From Felis catus (lineage: Eukaryota): DNA of 64,000 nt. Where the stretch lies: assembly GCF_018350175.1 (NCBI RefSeq), contig NC_058383.1:4526001-4590000 (forward strand). Reading direction: 5' to 3'. The translations under genes and the position numbers were made by a program. The notes beneath the pieces are model-generated. The model had not been told where the DNA came from. It saw nothing but the letters and a program-made list of their open reading frames with translations, and searched no databases. Of this stretch, positions 1 to 16,300 are shown in pieces. The number at the start of each line of letters is the position of its first letter. Position 1 is the stretch's first letter.

Positions 1-3000
1 TAATACACTTTGGGAATCCAAAGAAATAATCTGACAGTATTATCAACTTTTTCTTATACAAGGTTGGAAAAATCTGTTGATAAAATCCTCACTGCAAATT
101 TTTAAAAAGTGAAATCACGGTCTCCCCCTCATCTCTACTCCTCCCAGGGAATAAACATTGTTTTATTTAACGGATCGGTCTGAAAAAACTTTCACTCAAA
201 CACGGTAAAATTTCATTTAATATTTAAAATATCAAAATTTACTCACCTTAGACATAAACCTTAAAAATCATTTATGCAAACACAGTTGAGTGTTTTATTT
301 TTTTAAATTTTTATTAGGAAAAATTTTTTTTTTACATTTTATTTATTTTTGAGAAACAGAGTGAGACAAAGCGTGAGTGGGGGAGGGGCAGAGAGAGAAG
401 GAGACAGAATCTGAAGCAGCCTCCAGGCTCTGAGCAAGCAGTCAGCACAGAGCCTGATGCGGGGCTTGAACCCACAAACTGTGAGATCACGACCTGAACC
501 GAAGTCGGACGCTCAACCGACTGAGCCACCCAGGCGCCCCACAGTTGAGTGTTTTAAACACCATTTAGTATCCATGACGGTAAACAACAGAACTTTCCTA
601 ATTTCCTTTTAAATACAACTATCCGGATTACTATATGTTCAAAGTTTCTAACTTTTTTTTTTGTCTGAAGATAGAGCGTGTCCAATTTGAATCACTGAAT
701 AACACAAACTGTTAATTTTTTCCTGCCTGACCCAGGGGAATGTTAAAGCTTAAAAGAAGCAACGAAGAGAAAATGCATTCAGTGTCCTAGAGAAAAGGTT
801 AGGGGGGAGAAAAAACAAAACGAGAAAAGAGGCATCATCATTACAAACACTGAAATTTTTCCATTAAAGCTCTAATATCTTTCTCAAGGTTAACGCCTCA
901 TTTATTTTTATGGCACCCAACAATTTGAACAGCAATCTGAGGTCAATTATCTCACATGATTCATCCCTGTGACAGAGCTGTGGGGACAGCAGTTTAAAGC
1001 AGGTAAGTCTGTAAAATCTAAGCTTCGACCTCCGAGGTCCAAGTCTCTGCTCTACCATATGCCAGCCATATGAGGCTGTTATCGAACTTCAGCAAGCATC
1101 CACTTCTTCAACATTAAAAAAGGTTAGTGCAGAAGGCTCAAACCCGCAGCCTGCAGGGGGGACAACCAACCAGAGCTGGCCTAATACATGCTGCAGAATT
1201 CTAGATTTTCCTGAATGTTCTCAATCATTATATGCCTTTGGTCATTTCCAGTCATTAAATGGCTGTTTTTGACAATTTTGTCTCATTTTATCACTGGTTT
1301 TGGGGAGAGAATTTGCCAAGCTCCTCGGCCACTCCAAAAACCCCACCCTGAGGAGGTCCGTTGTGAAGAGACGTTGAGGCAGAGTACTAGACACCAGGCA
1401 CGGGGTCAAGAGAGGAAAGAGGTGCCCGTGAAATAGAATAACGAACGAGGCCCTGGATGCTTTCTGTTGCTTAGCTCCCAGAATGCTGGCAGCCAGTCTT
1501 AGATTCCATATGCAGGAAACTGTAGACTCCTCTCTGGAAGAACTGGTCCAAGAAAAAAAAAACACTTAGAGACCACCTTGGAAGACCCAATGAAAAAGCT
1601 GGCTTGAAGCTTCTCACCTCATAGCGAGGTCCAATGGTTGGCAAAATACTCCCCCAGCACACCATGTATAAACACGTTAGCTTTGAAAAAAAATAGTTTA
1701 AAAAACTAAAGTGTAACAAAGTCTACGAATCAAAAATATAACTTCATGAATACAAAAGGCCCACAACTGGATGACCATCACCAAGGTCAGTAAATACAAC
1801 ATTTCGAGTACATTAAAAGCTTCCTGACTCCACAGACTAGTTGTGTCTGTTTCTGAGTATGCATTCATTTCTGGCTTTCTTGCAAATACTGGTTCCACGT
1901 ATCCATGTGGTGGCATGTGCAGCAGCTCTCTCTGCTATCCGCAGTCCACCACGTGACAACATTACAAGTTATTTATTCTTCTGTCAATGGACTTTTGGGT
2001 TGGTGCCAGTCTTGGCAATTTTGGATACTGAACATTCTTACACACGTCTCTTGGTGTGCTCATTTCAGTTGGGTATGTTCTAGGAGAAGAGCTGAATTAT
2101 ATGGGAAGCATATGTTCAATTTTAGTGGACGATGCCAAATAATTTTCCAAATTATGCCAATTTATATTCCCACCAGCAGTGTGGGATGGTACCCGCTACT
2201 TCCTGTCCTCACTGGAGCATAGCCATGCTCATTCATTTATATATGATCTACAGCTGCCTTCACTTTTTTTAAAATAATTTTTTAGAATGCTTTTTATTTT
2301 TGAGAGAGAAAAATAAAAACAGAGAGAGAGAGAGAGAGCACACGTAGGTGAGGGGCAGCGAGAGGGGGACAGAGGATCCAAAGCAGGCACTGCGCTGACA
2401 GCAGAGAGCCCAATGCCCAATGCGGGGCTCGAACTCACGAACCATGTGATTGAGACCTGAGCTGAAGTCAGACACCTAGCTGACTGAGCCACCCAGGTGC
2501 CCCTGCCTTCAATTTAACATATAGCTGAGTAGCTGCAACAGAGACCACATGACTTATAAGACAAAAATAGTGACTCGCTGGCTCTTAAAAGTTTGCTGAG
2601 CTCTGGTTTAGATTGTTCAGTTAGATGAATCTCATGAGCTTCAAGATTGTATTTTCATTACCATGCAATTAAAAATATTTTCTAATTTCCATTGTGACTT
2701 TTTCTTTGAACCATAAATTGTTCTGAAGTGTATTCTTGTTTTCCACGTACAGGGATTTTCTAATTATATTTCTGTAATTGATTTACAACTTAATTCCAGC
2801 ATGGTTAGAGAACAAAATCTATATGATTTCAATCCTCTGACTCTGTTTGGTGGCTCAAAATATGGTCAATTTCGGTAAATACATTGGGTGCAGTACCATC
2901 TATCTATTATGTCAAATTTGTTGATTATGTTCTTCCATGTTCTATGTTCATACAAATGTTTGCGTATGCTTGCATCAGTTGGTGAAAAATACATTTAAAA

Positions 3001-4601
3001 TCTCCCACTCTGATTGTGGATTTATCCATTTCTTCTTTTAGTTCTGTCAATTTTTGCTTTTGACATCCTGTTACTGAGTGTATAGAGGTTAGAAATGTTT
3101 TCTTTCCAGTGCAATAACCCTTTTATCATCATGAACTCTATCTTAATATTAATACTTTGGGCTAAAATGTCTATTTTACCTGATAACACATAGACATACC
3201 AGCTCTTTTTTTGTGCTACGATTTGCATAACCCATCTTTTTTCATTCTTGTACTTTTAACCTTTATTTTACCTTCATTTTTAAGCCCATTTTCACTGCAT
3301 ATAGAATTCTAGGTACATACTACTCAGCAACTAAAAAGGATTTAATTACTGATACGTGCAACGTGGATGAATCTCAAACCACTCTGCTGGGCAGAAAAAT
3401 TCAGGCATAAAGAGTACACACTGTCCGGTTCCATTTATATGAAGCAGATCAGCGGTCTCCTTAGGCCAGGAGTGGGGTGAGGACTGACCACAGATGGGGC
3501 AGAAACGAACCTTTGTGGTAGGACAGAAATGGGTGGTCTATGGGTACCTTCATTTTTCAAAGCTCACTGAACTATACAATTAAAATGTGTGCATTTATTT
3601 AAGTAAATTATACTTCAATAAAGATGATTTAAAAATTAAAAAAGAAAACCTTACAGGGGTTGGCACAATAAAAATTATGGTGAAAACACCACAGCTAATA
3701 AAAACAAAACAACTCTGCACGCCTAAAAAAATATCCTCATGCTGGGTGCAAAATACATAAACCTTGTCTCACAGAAAAAAATGCTTCCAAAGTCAGTAAT
3801 TTCCTCAAAGGAATTAGATGTTCTGAAATTCTGTTCAAGTATATTTAAAACCCAGTTAAAACACTACTACAACATTAATTTGATATACATGTGGAAAAAT
3901 TATAGAAATGATCACATATACAAATTATAGCTAAGATTTAAAGCTTTCTCAATCACAGTGAATTATGGTTACACTCACTACCAAATTAGAATAAACTATT
4001 AATAATAAAATTCTCAAAAAATTAGTACTTCTTTTGCATTCATAATGTGCCTAGTTTAAGCATGTTAATTTATTTTTCTCAATATATTTGCTTAATAAAA
4101 TCTGTTCAACTTCAAATGTTGTCTGAAAGCCAAATGTATATAATTTACACTCTACTGGGAAAAAAATAATCTTCATAAGCACAAAACATTAATAGGAAAA
4201 AAACAGCAACAAAAAATGGTATAATTTCTTCCATGGAATCTATACTTGTAAAATATACTTTTTCCCTACTCATCAGCATGAATTTTTTCCTTTCAGCCGA
4301 AGTGTAAATGTGAAGTAGGATTTGACAGAAAATTGCATATAGGAATGTTACATAAATACAGGCTCCTTTCCCTTTAAGAATCAATGAACTTGCCCAAATT
4401 TTAAATACTGTAAAATGAATACATGTTCTAAAATTCCCTGTAAGGGGGTGCCTGGGTAGCTCAATTGGTTAAGCGCCCAATTCTTGATCTCAGCTCATGT
4501 CACAATCTCACAGTTTGTGGGTTTGAGCCCTGTGCTGATAGCGTAGAGGGATTCTCATTCTCTCTCTCTCTCTCTCCCTCCCCCTCCCTCCCTCCCTCCC
4601 T

Positions 4602-4632
<31 letters not shown>

Positions 4633-5132
4633 CCCCCTCCCTCCCTCCCTCCCTCCCCATCCTTTCCCTGGTGTCTCTTTCTCTCTCTCAAAAATAAACA
4701 TTTAAAAATAAAATAAAATAAAATTCCCTGTAAGGCAACCAGAATCTCCTGGCAAAAAATTAAATTAAGCACCATATGAGGGGGCAAAAACGCTCCAGCA
4801 TCACTTTCAGTACCTCTAGAGCATACAGGCCTGGAGGAGCCCTCCTTTGAAGACCCCATTTCTTCAAAAACAGAACTGCCACTGTTCCTATATTCCCACT
4901 TCACTTCCTAAGATCCAATGACTGCACATTCACAGCTCTTTTTGACTTGCTCATTAATAGCTTATGAATCCAGTTGTGAGGAAACATTTTTAAACTTCAT
5001 TCATGCCAGCAGGTATTACCATTTGACACAAAGTTTTAGACCGATGAGTCCATTACATCAGATGTTCTGATGTCTAAAAATGAAATGTCTCTGGGATCTA
5101 CGAGGTGCAAAATAGGTTCATTCCAAAGACTA

Positions 5133-5323
<191 letters not shown>

Positions 5324-5559
5324 CTGAAAAAGAAAAAAAAGAATACTAAGAATGAGGGATTATCGAAACTCTTCCCACATATTTGGTCAAGGTAGCATTC
5401 TAAGCTTATGGTGAAAACACCACTAAAGAAAATAATAAAAGAATGCATAACAAAAAAGCTAATGGTGGGGGAAAAGAATAATTAAAAAATAACTAATTAT
5501 TGCATAAGAACATATAAAATAGGAATAAAGAATTAAAGAACAGATGGAACAAATAAAGA

Positions 5560-6180
5560 ATAAAAAAATACACTTAAAAACTCCATTATAGCAACCTATA
5601 GAATGAGAGGAAATATTTCCAACTCATAATATCTGGTAAGGGGTTCAAATACAAAAATATACAAAGAACTCCCGCAACTCAATAGCCAAAACCAAGTAAT
5701 CCAATTTTAAAATGGGCAAAGGACCTAAATAGACATTTTTCCAGTAAGATATTCAAATGGCCAACAGGTACATGAAAAGGTGCTCAGTATCACTAATCAC
5801 CAGGGAAATGCAAATCAAAACCACAAGCTATCATCCGAACCCTGTTAGAATGGCTATCATCATGGCCTGAGGTGAAACCAAGAGTCAGACACTTAACCGA
5901 CTGTGCCATCCTGGTGCCCCCACCAGAGAAATTAAGAATGAAAGGCAAGTCAACAGGAGAAAAAATCTGCAATACACATAACAAAGGGCTCCTATTCAAC
6001 AAATATGAAGAATGCTTACATGCTGATTGAAAAACAAACCAGACAACTTAAAGGAAAAATGAGCTAAAAGATTTGAACTCCCAATGTTGAGTACCTTGAG
6101 GAAACCCAAAAGGCCAGTAAACAAATGAAAAGGTGCCCAACATTATGAGACATCAGAGTAATGTAAACTGAAACCACAAA
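5560..6180 (+). mobile_element. Old L1 ORF2 3' fragments in RNF216 intron 1
   Basis: Canonical L1 motifs such as aaatgggcaaaggacctaaatagacatttt and cagggaaatgcaaatcaaaaccacaa. Confidence 0.8.
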
Positions 6181-9100
6181 GGAATTCTGACAAGATGGCA
6201 GCACCACAGCTTTTGAACTAAGCTTTTATTTTCATCTAAAAACAAAAAATTCCAGGGCGCCTGAGTGGCTCAGTCGGTTGAACGTCCAACTTCAGCTCAG
6301 GTCATCATCTCATGGTTCATGAGTTAAAGCCCCACATTGGGCTCGCTGCTGTCAGAGTGAAGCCTGCTTCAGGTCCTCTGTCCCCCCCACCCTCCACCCC
6401 ACCCCACCAGCGCGCTCTCTCTCAAAAATAAACATTAAAAAAAGAATTACAAAAATTCCAAGTTAGAAAAAAAAAAAAGCTAAGAATAACTTAAACCCCA
6501 AAATATGAGCCCGTGAGGACTCATATCACCAAGAGCCACATGATCTTTGAAGTACCATTTGTGCCTCAGAAAACACACGGAATCATTCAGACGTGAGGAT
6601 AAGCCCCAGACAACCAACAGGTTATCTACTGAAAAGCACACAGGCTAATCTGAGAAAGCTGTGAACACCAGGAAGGGGTTTGCTCAGCTCAAAAGTGGGT
6701 GAATGCAAGGGATGCATGTTAAGGTCTGGGAGGAGTGAAGCAGCCTAGGACCCAGAAAGTTTCAAACCTGATCTAGCAGGGCTCCCTTACAAGATGAAAA
6801 GCTGGGAAGAGTGACACTGAGTAAAAAGAGACAACAGAAAGAAAGGAGAGAAGGCAGGTCTACATGAGAACAGAGGACAAAGCCAGGAAATCTCAAAAAG
6901 CAAGGTATCGTATTTTGAACACTGCATGAAAAAGGAGTTCGGTGAAGCTAGAAAAGCTATCCCAAACTACTCTCCTGGAAGTCCAAGAAAACCAATTTCA
7001 TTACAAATGAGCAAAGAAGAGAGCTGATGTCAAAGCTCATATAAAGTTCTAAGAAAAACAAGAAGCAAAACAACATCCCTATAATTAATGAATACACGCC
7101 CGGAAGAGGAGACAACCTAAAGGACACTTAAAAAGTACACAAGCCATAAAACAACATAAATCAGAACTAAAAATACTCAAATGGAATGACAGCTCTCAGG
7201 AAAGAATTAGAAATAAAAGGAAAAAAAGCTTTAGGAGTGAAGACAAAATTAGAAGGAACACAAGTGTGAATGAACACAACACATACTGCTTAGAAGAACT
7301 AAAAGGTGAAAGGAGGAAAGTTTTAAATAGAAAAATAAAGAGACAAAGGAACAAATAATCAAGGCCAAGACTGTCTAACAGAACAAACAGCAGCTCTTGA
7401 ATAACTCAAAAGGGAAGAGAATACTAAAAACTGAAATGTAAAAAAAAATTTTCCAAACGTGAAAATGTCGAGGGGCGCCCGGGTGGCTCAGTCAGATGAA
7501 CATCCAACTCAGGTCATGATCTCACAGTTCATGTTATCGAGCCCTGTGTCAGGCTCTGCCCTTACTGTATGAAGCCTGTTTGGGATGCTCTCTGTGGCCC
7601 TCCCCTGCTTGTTTACATTCTCTCTTTCTCGCTCTCAAAATAATTAAATAAACTTTAATTATTTAATTATTTAATTAATAAATTAAATAAATAAAAAAAA
7701 AGTTAAAAGACCACATTTTGAAACAACCCCGTATATACCTAAAACAAAAAATCCCTCACCCAAAATGACAACCATCAAGACACATTCTAGTGAAATTACA
7801 GGACTTTAAAGAAAAGAGGTCCCTTTAGGACCTGAGCTTGAGACATATAAAAGAATGAAAATTAGATTAATAATAGACGTTGACAGTGATGCTTTATGCC
7901 ATTAGCAAATGGAGTCAAATTCTTTTTTTAAAAAATGGGAGCCAGAGAACACCTGGGTGGCTCAGTCGGTTGAGCATCCAACTCTTGATTTCAGCTCAGG
8001 TCATGATCCCAGAGTTGTGGGAGTGAGCCCTGCGTCGGGTTCCACACTAAGTGTGGAGCCTGCTTGGAATTCTCTCTCCCACTCTGCTCCTTCCCCTCTC
8101 AGTCTCTCTCAAAAAAAAAATTTTTTTTTAAATGGGAGCCAGATATTTCGTATCCAGCAAAAATAATTTCAAAGAAAAGGGGCACAAATTTATCAACATA
8201 TAAGAACCTATGGAATACTGATTGCTTCTACAGGTCCTTCCTGAGGAATTGACAGAAAAATAAACTTCAGGCAACCAAAATGACTAAAGACACCACCACG
8301 AAGACTGGTAGTGAACATTAAATGTGTAATTACTTGTAGCACAAAGATTAAATGCTAACTAAAATCTAACAATACAATACAATTATAAAAACTATGGGGA
8401 GGGGAAGCATATGCAAAATTTTAAAGGAATGTAATCATATTGGTTGTGATGTTCTGAGACTTTCATTCTGATAGCTGTGTGCATATAAGATAAAAAAACT
8501 AGGAGTTATGGAATATTCTAGTTCTATTAATCCCTATGTCCTTGAGAATCAAGATTCTCCATGTGGAAAAAAGAAATTTTACTTATAGAAAAGTAAAACC
8601 CTAATAGTCTTAAGTTATAAATACTAGTGTGAACGAAAATATTTTAGTTCTGTACAAAAAAAAAAAAAAAAAAAGGCCTGAAAACAACAATTTACTTGTA
8701 GCAATCAGCATCTGTAGTGCCTAGATCACGGTCTTGATTTAAAAGTTTATTTATTTGTGGGGGGGGGGGGGAGGGGGAGGGAGAGAAAGACAGTGAGAGA
8801 GAGGGAGAATCCCAAGCAGACTCCACACCATCAGCGCACAGCCCGATGTGGGGCTCAAATTCACAAACCGTGAGATCATGACCTGAGCTGAAACCAAGAG
8901 TCAGATGCTTAATCAACTAAGCCACCCAGGCGCCCCTAAGTTATGGTCTTGAAATACTATTTCCCACCAAAAGAAACCAGGGATTTTTGGGAGAAATTAC
9001 TAATTCCATATCTGAAGCAAGAAATGTACAAAATGAGCCTACAACATCTTGTCCCATCACATATCACGGAAACTATCAAAAACTACCTATCAAAGACTGG

Positions 9101-10248
9101 GTCCTGTCAGAATGACTCAAAGAAAAAAAAGTTCTGAAGAGGTGCCCATTGGCCAAACATAGAACATTCTGAGCACCAATAAACATAATAATATGACATG
9201 ACTCTCTGAAGAAAATATATACAAGTGTTCGTAATTATTAAAAAAATTTTTTTTTAATGTTTATTTTTGAGAGAGAGAGAGAGAATGCAAGTGGGTTGGG
9301 GCAGAGAGAGAGGGAGACACAGAATCAGAAGCAGGCTCCAGGCTCTGAGCTATCAGCACAGAGCCCGACATGGGGCTCAAACCCACGAGCCATGAGATCA
9401 TGACCTGAGCCGAAGTCGGATACTCAACTGACCGAGCCACCCAGGTGCCCCAATAATTTTTTTTTTAACAGGTCATTTTCAAAGTATGATATCAACCGAC
9501 ACATTATCTTTAAAATTGGTAAAATCAAGGCACAGATTCAGGTATTTTCTTGTCTTTCCTATATAAACTATAAATCACTGGATAACCAAATAGAGGGTAA
9601 GAAAATGGTTTCTTTATAAAAGTATTCCAATATCAATTAAAAAATTCAATTAAGATATGATCATTTTGTAATCCTTAATGAATTACTGGATCTTGACTTT
9701 GCAAATCACTGGCTGCTAACATCACAGAGACAAGACAAAAGTGCATTCTGAGAAAAGAACACACTAGCTACAGCCTTGTGAAAGAGATTGAACCAGAGTT
9801 TGGTGAAGGATCTGGACTCAGCCACATTTTTAGAATAGAAGCTCGAGGAAAAAAATGAAATTTTGAATTGCACCCTAAGTATGCAATCCAGACCATGTAT
9901 TCTCAATGGGAGTGCTTTTGCAAGAGTGTGAAAAGACCTTAAGGTGTTACAATGGCTTGTGACTCTTCAAAATTCAGTTTCACCCAGCAAAATCTTATTC
10001 CTTAGTAATTAATGGGGAGGGTTAGGGGGAAAAATTGTCTAAAAAGGCTCTCTCTATAGGGGAATGATAATTTCTTAGAAGTATGATGAACACATATTTA
10101 GGCTCTGTGAAACTACGGGTCAAACAGTTCAGGTTCAACAACAATTAAGTTATAAGGAAAAAAGAAAAGGAATGGAAGAAGAACCTTAGATTTAAAACAT
10201 ACATCAAATCTTTATTTTTTTTAATCTTTTTTTTTAAGTTTATTTATT

Positions 10249-10251
<3 letters not shown>

Positions 10252-10330
<79 letters not shown>
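10252..10330. repeat. Compound (GA)n(TG)n microsatellite in a SINE
   Basis: Directly visible. Confidence 0.95.
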
Positions 10331-10332
<2 letters not shown>

Positions 10333-13300
10333 CATGAGCTAGGGAGGGGTAGAGGGAGAGGCAGACACAGAATCAGAAGCAGGCTCCAGGCTGTCAGGAC
10401 AGAGCCTGATGCGGGGCTTGAACTCACAAGCCGTGAGACCATGACCTGGGCTGAAGTCGGACACTTAACCGACTGAGCCACCCAGGCGTCCCATATGCAT
10501 CAAATTTTTAAAATGAGTTTATAATACCTAGGGATGTACTCTTGGATGATAAAACCATAGAGAAATACAAGAAAATGACTATAAAAGTCAGACTAATAAT
10601 TTTAGGGGGAAGGAATGAGTTATGATCAGGACAGGATATGTGGGAGGATGCTGACGGTGGTCTACTTTTTAAACTGGGTGGTGAGTACAAGCATCTTATA
10701 ATTCATTACGCCATACATTTGTTTTACGTGGTTCTAAATATGGTGTTTTAGGGGCACCTGGGTGGCTCAGTCGGTTGAGCATCCGACTTCGGCTGTCATG
10801 ATCTCACAGCTCATGAGTTTAAGCCCCGTGTTGGGCTCTGTGCTGACAGCTCGGAGCCTGGAGCCTGCTTAGGATTCTGTGTCTCCCTCTCTCTCTGCCC
10901 CCTAACCCACTCACATCCTGTTTCTGTCTCTCTCAAAAATAAACATAAAAAAAATTCATTTAAATATGGGTGTTTCATTTTGAAGGGTAAGAAAACCCTC
11001 ACAAAATAGTATATACCCACAGAATTGCTAAGGGGCACCTGGGTGGCTCAGTTGGTTAAATGTCTGACTTCAGCTCAGGTCATGATCTCATGGTTCGAGA
11101 GTTTGAGCCCCGCACTGGGCTCTGCATTGACAGTGAGGAGCCTGCTTAGGATTCTCTCACCCTCTCTCTCTGCCCCTCCCCTGCTCACTCACTCAAAATA
11201 AATAAAAAATAAACTTAAAGAAAAAAAATATGATAAAGTTTGATGTTTTATCATAAATTGTAGTGGAAGATGATATGCTCTGACCCAACAGCCCACCACT
11301 AGCAATCCAGATTATAGAACTTTAGCTTATATGCACCAGGTCTATGTATAAGAATGTTCACAGCAGTATTTTTTTCTTTTTTTTTTTAACGTTTATTTAT
11401 TTTTGAGACAGAGAGAGACAGAGCATGAACGGGGGAAGGTCAGAGAGAGGGAGACACAGAATCTGAAACAGGCTCCAGGCTCTGAGCTGTCAGCACAGAG
11501 CCCAACACGGGGCTCGAACTCATGGACCACGAAATCATGACCTGAGTCGAAGTCAGCTGCTTAACCGACTGAGCCACCCAGGCACCCCGGCAGTATTTTT
11601 CTAAGAGCCAAAAACTAAAAACGACTCACATCAACGAAGGAATGGACAGATATCCAGTGCTATGTTCACACAATTAAAAACAATACAAAAAAAAAAAAAC
11701 CCAAACCATTGTGAAGTCACACACACGACATGGATGGACCCCAAGACATAAAGGTTGAGTGAAGGAATCCAGACATAAGAAAGTATGTATTGAATGACTT
11801 CATTTAGATAAAGTTTAGTTTAGGCACAGGCCCAAGCTCAGTCTGGGGTGAAACTTCTTTGTGTGTACTGTATTTCACAATAGAAAAGTTAGGCAAACAA
11901 AAGCCATTATAAGAAAAAAAAAAAAAAAAAAAGAAGTGGTTGCCTCTGTGAAACAGTAGTTGGGGCGTCATGAGGGGAGAACTACTTTTAAATCTTCCTG
12001 CACTTTGATTTTTGAGCCATTTTCTTGCTTTAATTTGATGAAAATTAGGAAAATGAAAATAATTAAGAACGAAAGGAGGACAATTCTAACTGCCATGGGG
12101 CCCTTTTAGTCCCAAGATCCCATCTATAACCCACCCACTCAATGTTTTTCCTTCTAAGAAAATCTCAATTTTCTTTGCCTTCCTGGGAGAAACCACGTGC
12201 TTTAGAGAAAGTAGGTCCCCAGACCCTGGCTTCTCATTAAATGATGTCTACAAAGACTTAAAAGTCAAATTAACATTAGAATTTTTCCAACTTAGAGAAT
12301 ACTAAGTTGTGTATCAAGACTTTTTAAGTCTTACAACAGAATTCTCTGGTTATCTATACCTGGACAAAGGTAACTCAATTTTTAAAAATTACAAATCTCA
12401 CTTGAAATAATAATTAGGACATCATTTACAAAGAGCACAGGAGAAAGGTAAGAGCTCTGATGTCAAATTTGAACTGCATCTATTCAAGAACTTTACTTTT
12501 CTTCCAAATACAATTTTTTAAAAGTATTCTGAACACTTAATTCTACTAGTCAAGTTTCTTGTTTCACCACAAAATTCCTTCAATTTTACGACAGAAATCC
12601 AACAGAAATGTGATTCATTTTACATCTACCTAATTTAGTTAAAATGTCAAACTTGTGGTTGAACAGATTACTCGTGGTGCTTTAAGAGCAAGATTCTGCA
12701 CAAATGAGTGGTACATAAAAAGACCCCAAGTTGCAGTGAGAAAAGGAGTCTGACGATAGAACTCCTCCTCCTGACTAGCTCCTCTACAAAGGTCATGTCC
12801 TCTCATTCAGGCTTCAGATTAAACTACCTAAGCATGAATGCTGGTTTCACCATCTAGTCAATCAGTGACTGCATAAATTGCTTAATTTCTTGGACCTAGT
12901 TCATTTGTGAAACGAGAATAGTGGTTTTAAGATGAACTGCATTAAATATATGAAGTGTTTAGCACGGTACCTGGCACACAGCAAGTGTCACATTATGACT
13001 GTTATTTCCTATAATGAAAATAGCTATTCTTACCTTGTAAGGCTGTGGTGGAAGATGAAATCAGAGGCCATTTGTAAATGGTAAATGCCAACAAAACAAG
13101 AATTTTTTTATCCCAAGTACACACATGTATAGTGTTTATTGATTAGTCAGTGATACATACAAACGTTGGGGGAGGGAAGGGCTTTATTTTCCTTTTCCAG
13201 GTTACTTTTTACTAGTTTTATTAGAACTATTCACAGTTAAACTTTTACTTCTTTCTATAAGAAACTTCATTTTTTCTGTGGAAGTAGGTTCTTGATCAAA

Positions 13301-16300
13301 CAGCTGAAGAAAATGGTTAAATAAATGTGGAATCCAGAAATTGGAAATGCTACCTAAGAGAGTATTTTATCTTGCCTCTTCCTCGTATTGTAAAAATTTT
13401 CATATGTACGTTTATGACTATATAGTCAATAAGGCAGTTGATGCTTCCAACCCAGAACCAAAAATTAGCATATATTTCATCACTTCATTATTCCGTGGAG
13501 AATCTTAGGTAGTACTACTATACTGTAAAAACTTAACAAAATTAGATGACAATTCTGTTTTCTCTTCTGCCTCCTACAACTATTTTTCAAATCCCCTTCT
13601 TTTCCTTGGGTGGATGTACCAACATATGAAAAAGTCCACATCTGAATCATGTTCTCCACATGTCCTTGACTATCTTATTCATAGCTGTATTTCCTGCATC
13701 TCACACAGTGGCTGAATGAATGAGTGGCTCCAAAAACATCTTCCTCTGTCAAGAGTCCGGAGCTGTTCAACAGAGCCATACAGAACCAGAGTCTGATTAA
13801 GAGACCACAATCAGTTCATCAGGATTTTCTTCAACTATAAATAATCTTCTTCTCATTCTTCTATTCATGTTACATCTCCATTTTTCCTTCTACAGGTTCC
13901 TAATATAATACTGCATGGTCCTGGGGTTTTGTAGTGTTACCACTTTCCAGAGTAATCTCCATCAATGTGTCGGTCACTTCTGCAACACTGATTTTGGGGT
14001 AATAAAAGATGTTTCCCACTTAACGAGTTAATCTCTTTGGCCACTCCAGAGAAAGGTAGGCAAAGCCGAGCCAGGCATAATCTGGGAGAAGCTGACATGC
14101 CCATGTCATACCGCTGCACAGCACCTCTTCCCAGAATGGTTTCTCAAGTGTCTATAAGTGATTATTGCTCTTCACTCACATTCTAGCTTCTCATCTTAAC
14201 CATTATCTGGATACCTATTTATTGGAAGTCTGTACTAACAGTTAATCAGCATTAAATCAACAAAACAAAAAGTTAGTGAGGTTATTACTAAGTATTAAGT
14301 TTCAGGCAGTTATACTTTTTTGCTTTCTTATACGTTCTGACTTTTCTAGACGATAAAGAGTTCAGCAAATATTTATTATGTTCTTGCCACATGGTATAAA
14401 AAAGTTGTTATGCATCACAGGAAAACCCAACATGGATCTTGCCTCAAAAAACTTGGGGGAGTCCGGACAGTGAGAGAAACTACGCACACAATTAAGTACA
14501 CTACAAATTAGCACAAAGGAATGAAGTATTTGTGCGATAAAGACACTATCCCAGTTGGGAGAGGGCAGATAGGGAAGCTTAGCCAAGATAGCTGTATTTA
14601 AGCTAAACTGAATGCTGTGCTAGTTCCAAACTTTGCTTTTAAGATAACTTTTTTTTTTAACGTTTATTTGTTTTAAGAGAGAAAAAGGGAGAGCAAATGT
14701 GTGTGCTCGCAAGCAGGGGAGGGGCAGAGAGATGAAGAGAGAGAATCCCAAGCAGGCTCCCCGCTGTCGGCACAGAGCCCAGTGCAGGGCTGGATCTCAG
14801 GAACCACAAGACCATGACCTGGGCCAAAATTCAGAGCTGGACGCTTAACCAACTGACTCCCCCCCCCACCGCCCAGGTGCTCCTAAGAGAACAGCCACTT
14901 CCACCTAGGGCTCCTGGAGCCCAGAAACACCATTAAGAATTCTGACTACCCTGCTGGAGAGATCACACGGAAAGCCCTAACTTCACGTGGAGAGAGAAAA
15001 TGTGGCTGAGCCCAGCCTCCCAGTAGTCCCTGACAAGGCATGGGAGTGAAAAAGCATTTTGGAAGTAGAACCTCCAACCCTACCACCTCTACTAGCAACA
15101 TGTGGATCAGAAAAAAACAGCCCAGGTTAGCCCTTCCCAATCTCCTGACTCACAAAATTGCCAACAAATAAAACTATATTAAGTTACTAGGTCTGGGGTG
15201 GTTTGTTATGTATCTATGGATAACTGAAGCGCGGCTCAAATTTTATTTTCTAACCAATGGAAAGCAATGCACAAAGTTGTACTTTAGGAAAATCAACTTC
15301 ACTGCAATATGTAAGACTGTACAAATATCTGGTAGCAGGAAACCCAGAAAACAAGAGGCAGAGAAGTATGAACTAGAGGGAACAGTAAGCAGGACGAGGA
15401 AAAAAATACGATACCAACCACAGTTAGATTCTAGAGGACTTTTGTATGTAAACAGCCATCGGGAAAGAGGAAGAAAGGAGTCAAAGTTGACCTAGATGTT
15501 GGGTGACTGGAGGATGGTGACACTATTAAAAACAAGGAAGGTAGTAAGTTCAGAATAAGAAAACACAATGTGCACAAATTTTAACATGTAGACAAAATGG
15601 CTCAGTCAGGTGAGCATCCGACATTTGACTTCAGCTGAGGTTATGATCCCAGCGTCATGGGACCAAGACTTGTGTTGGGCTGCAAGTGAGCATGGAACCC
15701 TCTTGAAATTGTCCGTGTCCCTCTCCCCTGCTTACTTGCGCTCTCCCTTAAAACAAAACAAAACAAACCAAACCAAACCCTCTTGTTAGTCTTTCTACAA
15801 TAGGAAACGTTTTAAACCAAAAATTAAACTCAACGATCTTCCGTGGGTGCACTAAACAGTTTAACATATTAACCTTAAAATTTTCCTCAAATGTCAACTG
15901 AAAATTGGTTCAGAAATTAGATTAAGCAAGCACATCCTCATCCACAACAGGGAAAAAAAATCAATCTTTTCAATGATTTTTTTACAGTTCAATCCTCCAT
16001 GAACTCATGAATACAGTGCCTCTGCTACCCCACAATGCCTCCAGGTTCTACCCTCTGATGTATTTTCCTATACCACTAAGGGTCTTTTTGTTTTCGTTTT
16101 TTTTTTAAATCACAAAATCTCATCATGGTAGAACCAAAATCTCATGGCCTGTGAAATGGTGTCTCACATGATCCTTGCTGACCTAGCTAACCTCACCTGA
16201 CACCTCTCCCCCATTCACCATTCTGCAGGGACAATGGTTCAGTCCTTTGAACATGCCATGCTTCTTCCTCCTCTGATTGACTGATGACTTTTCACTGCCT